DNA from: Chiloscyllium plagiosum
Taxonomy: Eukaryota
Assembly: GCF_004010195.1 (NCBI RefSeq)
Contig: NC_057719.1
Coordinates: 77,640,373 to 77,704,372 of the forward strand
Direction of reading: 5' to 3'
Length of the DNA stretch: 64,000 nucleotides
Shown here piece after piece: positions 47,833 to 60,021 of the stretch. A program made the position numbers and the translations under genes. Under the pieces are notes generated by a model. The model was given only the letters and a program-made list of their open reading frames with translations. It made no database searches and was not told where the DNA came from. Each line of letters starts with the position of its first letter. The first letter of the stretch is position 1.

Positions 47833-50800
47833 CATGGTTAACAGGCTAGTGGACTCAAAACAAGTTTGCAAAAGACTTTGGACAGGTATAAAAATGTCTG
47901 CAAAGGAACCCTGGGGAAATGAAAGGAGTTTAAATTAAACTTTGATTGAAGCAGGAGGTTCGTCCAAGGAGTCTGAAGGAGTGTCCAGTACTATAAGCTA
48001 TCCAGTGGAGGTGGAACTGGAGCATCTCAAGGACTTGGGAGCATTGGAACTAGTAATCACTAGTGAATGGACTACCCCAGTAGTTCTAGTCTTAGAAACA
48101 GATGGCACAGTGTGGATTGAGGTCAGCCCTGTGTGTGGATCAATACCTAATTCCATTCATTGAGAACCTGTTCAGTGGACTGGCTGGGGGAAAGACATTC
48201 TCAAAAATAGATCTGCTTCAGGTGTACATATAGGGGTCATCAAGGAGTATCAGCTGCTGCTGCTGATAGTGACACACAAGGGTCTGTTCCGCTAAAAGCA
48301 GATTCCTTTTGACATTGTCAGTTGCAGCTGTATTCCAGAGGGCCAGTGTTATCTGGATTATTTTTTGGTTGCTGGATTCTGAGAAAAGCATTTGAAAACC
48401 TCGAAGAAACTTTTTAAAGTTTGCTGGAGCACAACCCAAAATTAAAAAGGGAGAAATGTAAGTTGTGTTTTTAAAAGACTGCAGAGTATTGATGCCAAGG
48501 GAATACACAAGGCATTCAAGAAGATGGAGGATACCAGGAAGGCCCACTAGAGAATGAGTCTCAACTAAGATGATTTTTGGGGCTTGTAAATTACTATAAC
48601 CGGTTCATATCTGATCTGGACAACCATGCTAAAAGCACTATCGATTGCTGAGAAAAGGTGCAGCTGTTGAAATAGACCCAGGAATATGAGGCGGCTTACC
48701 GGGAGGTGAAGCAAGCCTTAATTAAAAAAAAGTCGGAACTGCTAACTCATTTTGATCAGAAGTTGCCACTGCAGTTGGCGTGTGGCACTGTACCAGCACA
48801 CACCTTGCTGAGGTCGGGTACAAAATTTTACCTGGAATGACCTGGTCTTGACCCTTGTGATGGATTTAGTCCTGAGAAGAAGGGCTTGTCATAGAAATTG
48901 CCCAGAATTGTGTCCTTGCCTCTGGAAGGTGGGAATTGTTTGCATCAAATGTGGGGAATGAGAGTTGTTGTCCTTTCCCTTTTGAGGAATGGTGTTAGAA
49001 CAGGTGCACCAGGCCACCCTGGGATGGTGCGAATGAAAAAAATAGCCAAGAGCTATTTCTGGTGGCCAAAGGTGGGCTCCCAGATTGAGGAGAGAGCATG
49101 ACCATGTGAACCCTGCGCATTAGCAAGGTAAGTGCCACTGTTGTTACCCACCATTCATTGAAATGGCCTCAATCATTATGGTAGTGAATTCATGCCAATT
49201 TTCATGGGACCAGTGGAGCGACAGATCACACTAATACTCGTGGAGGTTCATGGGCAAGCTGGTCCTAGTTGAACCAAGGACCATTAGTGTTGACCAAGCC
49301 AGGGTTGGCCATGCTGAAGGAGGAGACAACAGCAGCATCCCAGGGCATCAACAGCTAATCAGCCATACCTATGAAACAACAGAAGTTTCTCAAAGCCTCT
49401 GAGACAGTCTTCAAAGAATTGACAATGTTTCTGTCCCCCTCCATCACCCCAAGAGACTGATCATGTCAGTGTAGACTATGTTTGAGTTGTCTTTTTCCAT
49501 GTTTCTTTTTTACATATTTCTGTGTACATATGTTAGCTACAATGCCTGTATAATAGTTATGATTGTTAAATGTACACATGTTGTTAATGGATTATTGAAA
49601 TAAAGGGGGAGCAGTGTTACGCATGTACTTGGGCGTGTGCTGCCTCTTTTAAGAGAACAGATCAGGTCCAGAAGCAGGAGGTAGGGGAGGCAGTCTAAAG
49701 CTGACTGTGGAGCTGAGAGAACACAGAATAAAGTATTCCCTGTTCAAGTTGACCCTCTGTCTACCTTGCATTCCCGTGAACCACAAGCCATCAACTTCCC
49801 CACATCGTTTCCCTACTAATACTGATTGTCTTCAGTTCCTCCCTCTCTCTAAACCCAGTGTTCCTCAACCTTTCTCGTATGTTATTGTGTTCTCCTTTGT
49901 GAATGCAGAATCAAAATATGTACTTAGTTGGCCAGACATCTCTTTGTTCCCCAATGCAAATAGTTAGTTTTTGACTGTAGGGGACCTGCAGTTTTCACCA
50001 ATCATTTTTCTTCATATACCCATAGAAACATTAACAGTCAGTTTCTAAATTCCTTGAAAGCTTTCTCTCATTCTCATTGTTCCCTTTTTTAATCAATCCC
50101 TTTGTCTCTTTTGCTGAATTCTAAACTGTTCCCATCCTCAGATCTGTTGATTTTTCTGTCAAATCTGCATGCCTGTACCTTTGATCTAATGCTATTTTTA
50201 ATTTTTCTTTTAAGCTATGGTTTGACCACTTTTGCACCAAACAGTAATGAATGATCTTTGCAGTTCACCCATGTACACTTTGAATGTTTGCCATTGCCTT
50301 TCTGGCAAAATAACTTTCTTGTTTCTGCTTTTAAATTGGATAGTGCATGGTGTTACAACTATTTCCAGAATATAAAGAGACCATTTGACCCACCAGATCT
50401 ATGTTGGTGTATATCTTGTACAAGAAATTGCTCTCACCCCCTTTCCATTGAATTCCATCAGCGTTATTCTTCTATTTCGTTCTCCCTCATTCATCTAGCA
50501 TATCACCATCAATAAATCTTGGCTAATTACCTTGACCATTCTTTGTGGCAGAGTTATGTTACCTAATTGGCACATTTCTTTCCTCTTCGTGGTCTATTCC
50601 AAGATTAGTTTTAAAGAAAATTATGAAAATGCCTGTTCACATGACATTACAGGCATTGAATGGTACATTTGCTGCTGTGTAGAAAGCGTAATCTGTTATG
50701 TGCTATGACATAAGCACACCCAGCTGATTAATGAAATAAATGAATATTGTGTTGCAGGTTGTAAAGACCCAACCAATGAGGTTTGGGAGGACATTTGTTT

Positions 50801-51829
50801 GTGCCAGGCTATAGATTGTGAACACATTTCTGACATTGAATATCATCATGGCACATTGCCAAATAAACTAACTCAGGGAAAATACTTACTTTATATTGAA
50901 TATTCAATATAAATGAATGTCTTTATAAGAAGAAAACAATTTTTACAGTAAGACCATTCTTGTGCCTGCTGACAAACTTCCTTATGCTACACTACTGACG
51001 CATAGCACAAGACTAAAATGCTTTGCTGTTTAGTGTCAGCATCAATGAATGTGCTATCTGTCTCCATGGCAACCACGTTTGCATGCTTGCCCAATCATTT
51101 CTCAGTACATATGTAACTGAAGCATGCATCGAAACTGTATGCTGAACAAACACCTGATTGATAAGACAGGGAGGACGACCCCTGTTCAAGTTGTGTGTCA
51201 TGCTATATTACCACCTCCAACTTCGACTTCTATATCTTTCCTGCCACCCTGAGGCCTTTTGCAAAATGTCACACCAGTCTTTATGTACAGGCCATAAATT
51301 GCATCATGTGACTACTCTTGATATTGATATATTACATGATTTATGACATTATGAATTATATTCTGTGTTGGTTTGATGACCATGAAAATCCAATTTGTAC
51401 AGGTATTGTCAGAAACCTCAGTACTATTTATTTTGTAATATTTATTTGATTTTTTTCCCATACGATGGTCATCCTTGTGTTACTATCTAGTAGTGGACGG
51501 ATAAAATAAAGTATTTCAAGGTGTCTCTCTTTTGGACGGAATTAAAAGTACTTTATTTATGAAGTCTCGTATATGATAACTGATTCTTTTACCTATTCTT
51601 TATATACTACAGAAGGGCTGAGACCTATTTGACCGAAGCTATTCAAATATAGAAACTATTTAACAGCTTAACTGGTATATGTACTTAGCTAACTGGATCT
51701 CTCTGCAACCTCAAATAATCGAGGATTTCAATAATCATTTAATGTTTATTACTATTTTGAACCATCTTAAGTTCTGTGTTTTCGTTTTAATTGTTTTGTT
51801 GTACATTTCTCTTGTGTGACAATAAAATA

Positions 51830-52240
51830 AATAACTTGCATTTTGTGCTGCCCTTCATACTTTGAACTATTTTAAGCTAAGGAATTTTTAAAATAAGTTG
51901 GAGTCAGTGCAGCAACTTAAGTGCATTAGTTAATTAATTAAAAGCAATACCCCACAAAAGTTTAATGAGTTAAGCTACCCAATTAATGTTTTTGGTGATG
52001 ATAGTTGAGCAATAGGTTTTGGTCAGGCCATCTGAATAATAGCGCTGAAAGATCTTTTTCATCACCAATGATGTCAGGGAATATTGATTAATATCCAATA
52101 AGATAGCACCTCTGACAATTCAGTATTCTTCAGCAGTGAATGGAATATTCTCTTCAGTTATGGCTTCTAGCCTCCAGACTGATTTGTAACCACATCCTCC
52201 TCATTTGTGTCAGAGTGATACTGCTAAGGCAGATCGAGAA
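51830..52240 (-). mobile_element. Deu-domain SINE (old)
   Basis: AACTTGCATTT tail, TTTTTGGTGATGATAGTTGAG, and GATAGCACCTCTGACAATTCAGTATTC. Confidence 0.55.
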
Positions 52241-53539
52241 GAAACCTTGAAATATGTATTGCCAAGATATCATTTGAATTAAGATATTAAGTGCCTTCCA
52301 TCTGAACATGTGTCACCATAATCTCATTGAACAACTTGACTTTTATTTTGTAGTTAAGAAAAGCATGATTATAATGTAGATGAGAATAGTAGCTGGATAT
52401 GTGTTGCAGGACAATATTGCATGTGAAGAGTTTTCTGTCACAAGAAGTTATTTTACCTGTGATTTCTATTCAGACTGAACCTATTTTGAATGTTTGTGTG
52501 TTTTATTCCCTATCTTTCTAGCTATTTGGCAATTTTTGCACAGTTCTACATTGTCCAACTGGAGGTGTGGCTGTGATGGGGGTTAGCTGACATGGCCAGG
52601 AAAAATAATGCTGTTAAGATTTTTTTTATCATTGCAAACGTATTTTTGCTGTGTGTTTGGAATCTGACAACTTACTTTGCATCAACTTGTGGTCAAGTCC
52701 AATTTTCAGGAACTGTTAAAATAGTGATCTGCTTCCAGGTAGCTGTACCACCTTGTATATATAAATCACAATAAACAGTTTCTCTCTAAATGACTAAATT
52801 TCCAGTCTTAAGTCCTTTGACTAGCAACAGTATATTTTATCCTGTCAACAGTTGTTCACTTCACCCTTTTTATGAAACATGCTTTCTATTATTAACTGTT
52901 TTGTCGAAATGGCTAGGTCACCAACTGCTTTTGAGCAGAATGTGTTATGGCATTACTGGTTGTTTCAGCTCATGGACCCTCTGGTGTTCACTCTTCTCAT
53001 GATCTACACTAATTGCATATTCTACATCTCTTTTATTTTGACTTTTTCATCAATCGCCTATAGACTGTTCTTAAATATTAAGATTCAACTACTACCCATC
53101 CCCACCCGCGGGAGAAGTTTGGCTGTGTTTCTTGCATATAAATTCTCCTGTTCTGTTGGTTGCTCCAGTCTGTAACTTGTACATTTATCTAACTGTTGTT
53201 CACACTGAAGATCATGACTGTGCAGCAAGTTACTGCATTGGATATTTTGGTAATAAGTATTGTGTGCTAAATCATTCCAAAAAATGTAAAGGGACCAGGC
53301 AATTTTTTTTTTTAAAAAAAAGAGGTCTCTCATTGAAACTGTTTTAATGGGGATATTGCTTCTACAAGTATATCAGCATTTGGTCTTGCACATAAACAGA
53401 TACTGAGCTGGGTATGATGGGGCAATTGGCATTTATTTCAATGTAATTTTCTGCAGAATTAGCTGATTACATTTCAGTAAGAGGTTGGGCTTTTACAGTT
53501 GGGCTCAGTGGATCTGGTGCTAATCTAATAGAATTACGC

Positions 53540-55730
53540 AAACATACAAGCATAAAATTAGGCTATTTGGGCCATCTAGTTTGCAATGGTATTTATATTT
53601 GATGTCTCATGAGAATCTCCCAATGGTAATGCCACTTGAATTTCAGATGCCCTGGCTAATCCTGTCTTGGCATTGTCTTTTCCCAAGGGAAGCAGTCCCA
53701 ACTCCTCCAAACTGACATTCCTCATTGTTGGAATTGTTCTTTTAAATTTTTGAACTCTTCCCCAGTGTTCACATGTTATTGACATCTAGAACTGTATATG
53801 ATACTGCAGCTGAGGTCCAACTCCATGTTCTGCAAGTTTTGCATCACCTCCTTGCACTTGTACTCTGCATTCCTCTTCATAATGTTGAGGATCCTGAAGC
53901 GTTTATTAGCCGCTCCCTCCAGCTGTCTACCACCTTTTTAAGGACTGGTGTGCAAGTGCACCCAAGTCGGTTTGAACCAGCACATTCATTTTAAAATATA
54001 TGTTGTGTCTCCAAGTTCTTTGTACCGAAGTTATCACTTTACAGCTCTCAGCATTGAATTTCAACTGTCGTCTATTTCCCATTACCACTAACTTGTCAAT
54101 CTCCTTTGTCCACACCTCAATTTACAATGCTTCCAAGTTTTGTGTCATCCACAAACTTTGAAATTGTTCCCAATACAGCAAAGTCTTCACCTTTTATAAA
54201 TTATACTGTAAACCTTTTATCATCTAATACCTATGGGACCAGGAGTATGCTGATTGATTAAATGTTCCAGATAATCAAGAGATCCACAGAATCAAAGTAA
54301 AAACACAGTAAGTAATAGAAATATCATATAGGGGGTATGCACATCACTATTATGTACAGCATAACTCACTCAAATCATAATTGTACTTTGCCTTAAATAA
54401 AACTTATCAGGAAAGAGCCTTCTTATTGCACCCTCAAGTGACTCCTCTAACTTGGTGGTATTTGAGATGAAATTGACTCTAAATTGAATCAACTGTTGAA
54501 ATATCATGTGGCAATTTGAACAGCAAGTATATTTACATTAAGGTAAATTAAAAACTATAATAGTTTTGCAGAATCTTAAAGTGAACTTCAGACGATTTGA
54601 AGTATATAATTTTTGCGGGTTTATCGAGCATGCTGGTTCATGAGGTGGCGATTACAACAAAGTTTGCTGTCAGAAAAGTCAGGGTCCCAATACTGACCCC
54701 TGAGGATCTTCACAATAAGCCTTCCTTTAGCCCAGAAAATATTTTGTAACCATTGCTTAGTTTCCTATCGATTTAACCAATTTTGGGTCTATCCTGCTAG
54801 TATCCTGCTCTTGCCTCATTAATGTGCGGTTTCCCATTCTCCTGTCTGCTGGACAGAAACCATTCCTGACATGAAAGTTAGAACAATAACTTTCTAGTTC
54901 ACTGTTGGCAAAGCCTGGTGCCAATTTTGCTCTGTCCAACCAATCTAGGGCAATTGATAGGAACTGTGAAGAGCAACTGTGGATGATTAATGCTTGACTA
55001 GGTGTGCCGCTAGGCTTTAAAAATTGTACCAATGCCGTAAATCCTTGGAGGTCCTGGCAGTGGCCAGTACTTTCACATGTGGTGAGTGAGAGTGTACTAA
55101 TGAAGAGGTATTACAGAGTGTGGTGCATACTTAATTAGTAAGTTTTAGGAAGAGTATATAAGATGTAGAGGAGAGAAACTTGTCAAAAATTATACTTGGC
55201 AAATTTCTGGTAAGATTCTTCATGTTGTCTCTAGAACTTATCCACCACTGAGGTTTTGAACAAGGGCATAATTTTACAATTGTCCAATTTGCGTGCACCA
55301 CATGAGTCTAAAGAAGACTGAAAATTTATAGACCATGCCTCTGCCATTTCCACAACTCTTCCTTAAATAATCTTGGATGCATCTCATTAATATCATTAAC
55401 CTTGTCAATTTTAAGTACCAGTGGCTTAACCAATGCTTCCTTATCAATTTGAAGCCCTTCCAGTGACTGAATTTCCTTCTTTATCACCATGGGCTAGGAA
55501 GTATCTACTTTCTTGATAAAGACCGATGCAAAGTATTAATTTAATACCTCAGCCATGCTCCCGCTTGCACGCTTTTGATTCCTAATTAGCTCCTTTCCTC
55601 CTTTTTACCATGCTTTTACTATTGTATATGGCCAGTTGAACACTTTGGGATTTCCCCTTTTATGGGCTCTCTTTGTGATCCTACTTTGCTTGTCTTACTT
55701 GCTTGACACTTCCCTTCTGAACCTTCTGCT
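53540..55730 (-). mobile_element. Old CR1 fragments (interrupted)
   Basis: AGTTTTGTGTCATCCACAAACTT (reverse complement KFVDDTKL) and GGGTCCCAATACTGACCCCTGAGG (PQGSVLGP). Confidence 0.75.
54204..54671. mobile_element. Tigger/Tc1-mariner-like MITE inserted in CR1
   Basis: Imperfect TIRs TA-CTGTAAACCTT and AAAGTTTGCTG; the CR1 sequence rejoins across it. Confidence 0.45.
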
Positions 55731-55734
55731 CATA

Positions 55735-56010
55735 AATCCATAAAAGAAGGCTAACCTGAGTAATGGTGAGCATGAAACTATCATCAATTGTGGTATAACA
55801 CCACCTGATTCATTATCATGCCACTAATAATCTGCCATCCTTACTTGGACTGGCCTGTGTATGACTCAAAACCTGCAGCCATGTGGTTAATTCTTAATTG
55901 CTCTCTGAATTGGCTCAGTAAGACATTCAGTTCAAGGGCAATAAGGAAATGGTAATCAAATGTTTGCCTTGTCATTAATGCCCACATTCCATGAAGGGAT
56001 AAAGAAAATA
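55735..56010 (+). mobile_element. tRNA-headed SINE family, head missing
   Basis: TCTGCCATCCTTACTTGGACTGGCCT..CATTCAGTT|CAAGGGCAATAAGG..GCCCACATTCCATGAA plus an A-rich tail. Confidence 0.75.
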
Positions 56011-56597
56011 AAATTTTGATCAAGAGTTGTGCAAACTGCAGAGGCATGGACCATAAATTTTCAGTCGTCTTTAGACTCGAATGGTGCATGCAGACTAGAC
56101 AAATGTAAAATTATGCCCTTGTTCAAAACCTTGGTGATGAGTAAGTTCTAGAGACAACATGATGAATCTATACAAGTAACATCATATAAAATGAATAAAT
56201 CATCTGAGGTTCCCCGAATTAACTTAAACTGATTAAAGTCTCTTAGGATGAAATTATAAATCTCGACACAAAAAAGCTGCAAGTAGTAGGAAAAGATTTC
56301 AAAGCACGCAGTGCATTTTACAAAACTAATCATTTTGAAGAGGTATCACACATGAAAGTTAAGGCCAGCTTTTGATGAAGTACCACATGGTGATTACTGG
56401 AGAAGATAAAGAAGTATGGAATTAATAGCCAAATAGAAAACTGACTTAAACATTGGTAAGAAAGCTTAAGAGCAATTTTCCAAGTGACTGAAAGTAGTGG
56501 GTATTAATATGCTAAAATTTTAACCTAATTTTAATTCACTATTGTTGTAATTAGTTCCTAGATAAGTCTGCTCAATTCTTATGACTCAGGGAAAGAT

Positions 56598-57450
56598 TGT
56601 TATGCTCAAATGTAGGGAAGGATAAGCTGGCTCACCCTGACAATTTGAAGCCTTCGCTCGGTAGTCCGCAGCAAGGGCAATTGTAGAAAGGTTCCCTTCC
56701 CTTTGTAGTTACCTTTTTCCTAACTCAAATATATTTGTTTAACATACGAATCAAATTGACCAGGCTTTCTTGAATTTAAGAAAAGAGCACACTTATTATG
56801 TACTAAATACAATGAAACAAAAATGACATGTAGGAATGTAAATTGAGCAAAGAGGTAACAGTTTAAAAGATATGCATCAATTTCTTCAGTTCCTTGAAGA
56901 GTAGATGGTTGAAATATATGATAATTTCATTGGATGATACTGGTAACACTGACATTGGTAGTGAAGCAGTTGATTTTGAGATTCTTGACTTACAAATTAG
57001 TTGACAGGCTTTTGTCCTGGTTTGTTTTTGTTAGGGACTTCACTAACTGGCCTGGCTCAGCTCTTGGAGCAAGAGAGAGCATTTATTTGCTGCGGCACAT
57101 AGATGTTTAATGGCTGCACTCAAGTTCTGATCTTCACAGCACACTAATCCATTTTAGCTCATCAGCCTCGTAACCTACTGAAACTGGGGCTGGGCTACAG
57201 GAATTTCTGTATTTCTTGCATTTCTGAGAGGATGCAACTCCTCTTTCTTTACAAGTCTCTGTGTGAAGTTTCCTTGACACACTTCAAGTGTGATATTCCA
57301 GGGGTTCACATAAGATTTTTTTTGCAGCCAGTAAATTCTATTTTCAGGATCTACATTTATCAGCCATTCCTAGCTTGTAGATCTTATTAAAGTAAAATCT
57401 TGTTTAAATGTTGAATGTATCTGGTAGTAATTTGGGTTATAATCCATCAT
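56598..57450. mobile_element. Possible solo LTR within old CR1 fragments
   Basis: Starts TGTTATG and ends near CCATCATA; CR1-like sequence lies on both sides. No TSD was confirmed. Confidence 0.3.
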
Positions 57451-58758
57451 ATTGAAACTATGTAGGTTTAGCAAATTGGCCCAGAAGTAGTGACATCAGG
57501 ATTTGAAGACGATATTAAAATAGGGGATATAGTTAATTCTTAGACTGAGTTAAATCTAAGAAAGCTACAAAGGACCATTATTTTGTTAGAAAACAACATT
57601 AATAGGCTAAAAAATGGCTGGCAGAATTAGATGTCAATGATTTTAGGTGCTGTACTTTCTGAGCAATCTTAATCATAGTAATTGAATTACTGAATTAGGC
57701 TTGGTTCTGTGAAGAAGCAGATTCATTTGTCAGCACAACTTCCATAAAACCTTTAAGACTTAAGCTTCAGGTTAAATTTTCTTTTGAGTGGGGTTGCAAG
57801 GGAAAGAGAGAATTATTCTATTTAACCATCATAAGAGGTAGAATAAAAATATAAACAGGAATGAAAGTCAGTGCTTGACCACTGCGATGTTGTGTTGCAC
57901 AGCATAAGGATATTGAGCCTTCAGAGATGATACAGTATATATTGACCATGGTGCTGACTGAGATCAGAAACTGGCTTGAAAATTAGCATTCTTATTGGCA
58001 TATGGAGATTAAGGATTTCTATGAAGTAAGTTCTTAAAAAAAAAAAACGCTGATGAAATGTTGAAGAGAGGCATACTCTTCCAGTCATTCAGAGATTGCA
58101 GACATTAAGAATAAAGGAGAGGAGACAGTCTCACGTTCTGGGGCTGTGGAATTTACTTCCAGGATTTCTTACAATGGCAGAAATTAGATGAAAGAAGGAA
58201 AATCATGGAATATGTGTAGTAATAAATTTGCTCAATGAGTATAACTAGCTTGATGGAGGACAAGTTTAAACAGCCTTTTTTCCAATGTTGGAATTCATAA
58301 ATGTCTTTCTAGAGAAGGATAGATGTGGATCATTTTTGAAAGCTGTATTCTTTGATAATTTTTTTAAAAATTGCTTTGTAACTGATAATTTTCTCCCCTC
58401 AATTAAATGGTCATTTGTAACCTTGTAATAAACTAATTAGGTACATAAACCTGATTAGGTCCAGTACATGCACAATGATATCTATAATTCTACAAAAACT
58501 AATATGCTTTAGCTTCCTATGCGCCACCAATCAGAAAAATAATTGATAAATTATTCTAATTCCTCTGCTCCAGCAGTTTCTAATTAGATTGACTTCATAT
58601 GTGTATCCCATATTCTGGTGCTGTGTCCATTGATAAGATTGTTGTTTGGTAACCTTTTCTTCTTGTTTTGCATTCTTTCCTTTTTCCCCTGGTTGTAATG
58701 AAGCATCTTGCTTTTATTCTAATATTTAAACCTGAAGGATATCAAACTTTCATTTATT

Positions 58759-58966
58759 TTAGATCAGATTCCCTACAGTGTGGAAACAGGCCTTTCGGCC
58801 CATCAAGTCCACACCGACCCTCTGAAGAGTAACCCACCCAAACCCATTCCCCTAGATTTACCCCTGACTAATGCACCTAACACTATGGGAAATTGATCAT
58901 GGCCAATTCACCTAACATGCACATCTTTGGATTGTGGGAGGAAACCGGAGCACCTGGAGGAAACCC
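58759..58966 (-). mobile_element. HE1 V-SINE (5'-truncated)
   Basis: CAGTGTGGAAACAGGCCTTTCGGCCC..GGGAGGAAACCGGAGCACC. Confidence 0.9.
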
Positions 58967-60021
58967 TTTTTCTCCTTGACTCACTGACAATGCAGTATTT
59001 CTGGAGAATGTGTTATGCTTTTGTTTTTGGAAATGTAGTCTGAGTGAGAGTAACTGCTAACAGTCAAATCACATATCTTTCAAACATAGCAAAATATATC
59101 TTTAGCAGATATCTATCTTCCACTAATGTGGTAATATCAATCAAATCTAGAATATAGAGCCATTGAACTATGTACTCTCAATTAATGTACAAGTTATGTT
59201 AATTTTTTTTTAAAACCTTAAAGTGCATTGAATATCGACATCATGGTTGTTCAATAAATTAAAAGTGAGGTTGGACTTGCATTATTTACAGCAAACACAA
59301 TCTATTTTACAGCTAATAATGTAGGGTTTGTATAAACTTTTGAGACAGAACCTTGATCAGATCGACAGCAAAGTCTAATAATAAAAGCAGGATTATTGTT
59401 CCAGCAAAATGTAATAGATGGAAAAGAATTGGTTAAAATGGATCACAGTCACTTATTCGCTTTGAACATGATTGAGGCAGTGACATAAACACGTCTATTT
59501 TGACTTGAACTTTTGTTGTTAAATGTCCCATTTAAAAACTTGGGAAAGGAAAATGTGCAGTTTTGAGACCGTGTAAAATGCCATGACTCAAAGTCATAAG
59601 GTACAGATGATTTAGATTCCAAGGTGTAGAATAAGGTTACTGGTGAAAGCACTGAAATAATAGTCATGTTTTAATAGATTTGTTTGGATGCATGATTTAA
59701 CCAAGATTGGGATGTACTGAACTCGGGTTTATTTTATAATAAAAGATTGACAAATTACCTTTATTTTGGAGAAGGACTATTGAGCTTATAATTAGTATTT
59801 GTAAACACTTAGAGGATGGTTGGAAAGATTAGGAGCCACAGCATGAATTGTAAGATGATAGCAATGCTTTAATTAAGAAAAAGATTAGGTGGATGGTTTG
59901 AGGATTAAAAAGATAAAGCAGATTCTGTTCCTCATATTTGGTGTTGAACCCTCTCTCATCCTGCAGTGAATTGGACACATTTTTGAGAGCATCTACCAGA
60001 AATAAAGATGTAAATTATTTG

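Larger units (their letters stand above)
45917..49787 (+). mobile_element. Decayed Gypsy LTR retrotransposon with both LTRs
   Basis: LTRs at 45917-46100 and 49615-49787 (TGTTAC...GTATTCCCTGTT...GTGAACCACAA), PPT AAAGGGGGAG before 49615, TSD CCAT. Protease MEVDMGAAMS, RT EWTTPVVLVLETDGTV and KTFSKIDL, integrase zinc finger HPGMVRMKKIAKSYFWWP. Confidence 0.92.
45725..50310 (-). mobile_element. Old CR1 fragment split by the Gypsy insertion (45725-45916 and 49788-50310)
   Basis: TTCAATCCCAT|CAACTTCCC rejoins across the Gypsy element, and both flanks are reverse-complement CR1 ORF2-like. Confidence 0.6.

Noticed and set aside
50758..50915. Possible coding exon after TGTGTTGCAG (CKDPTNEVWEDICLCQ...)
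   Set aside because: No recognisable homology, weak pyrimidine tract, no convincing donor, and the frame ends in a stop.
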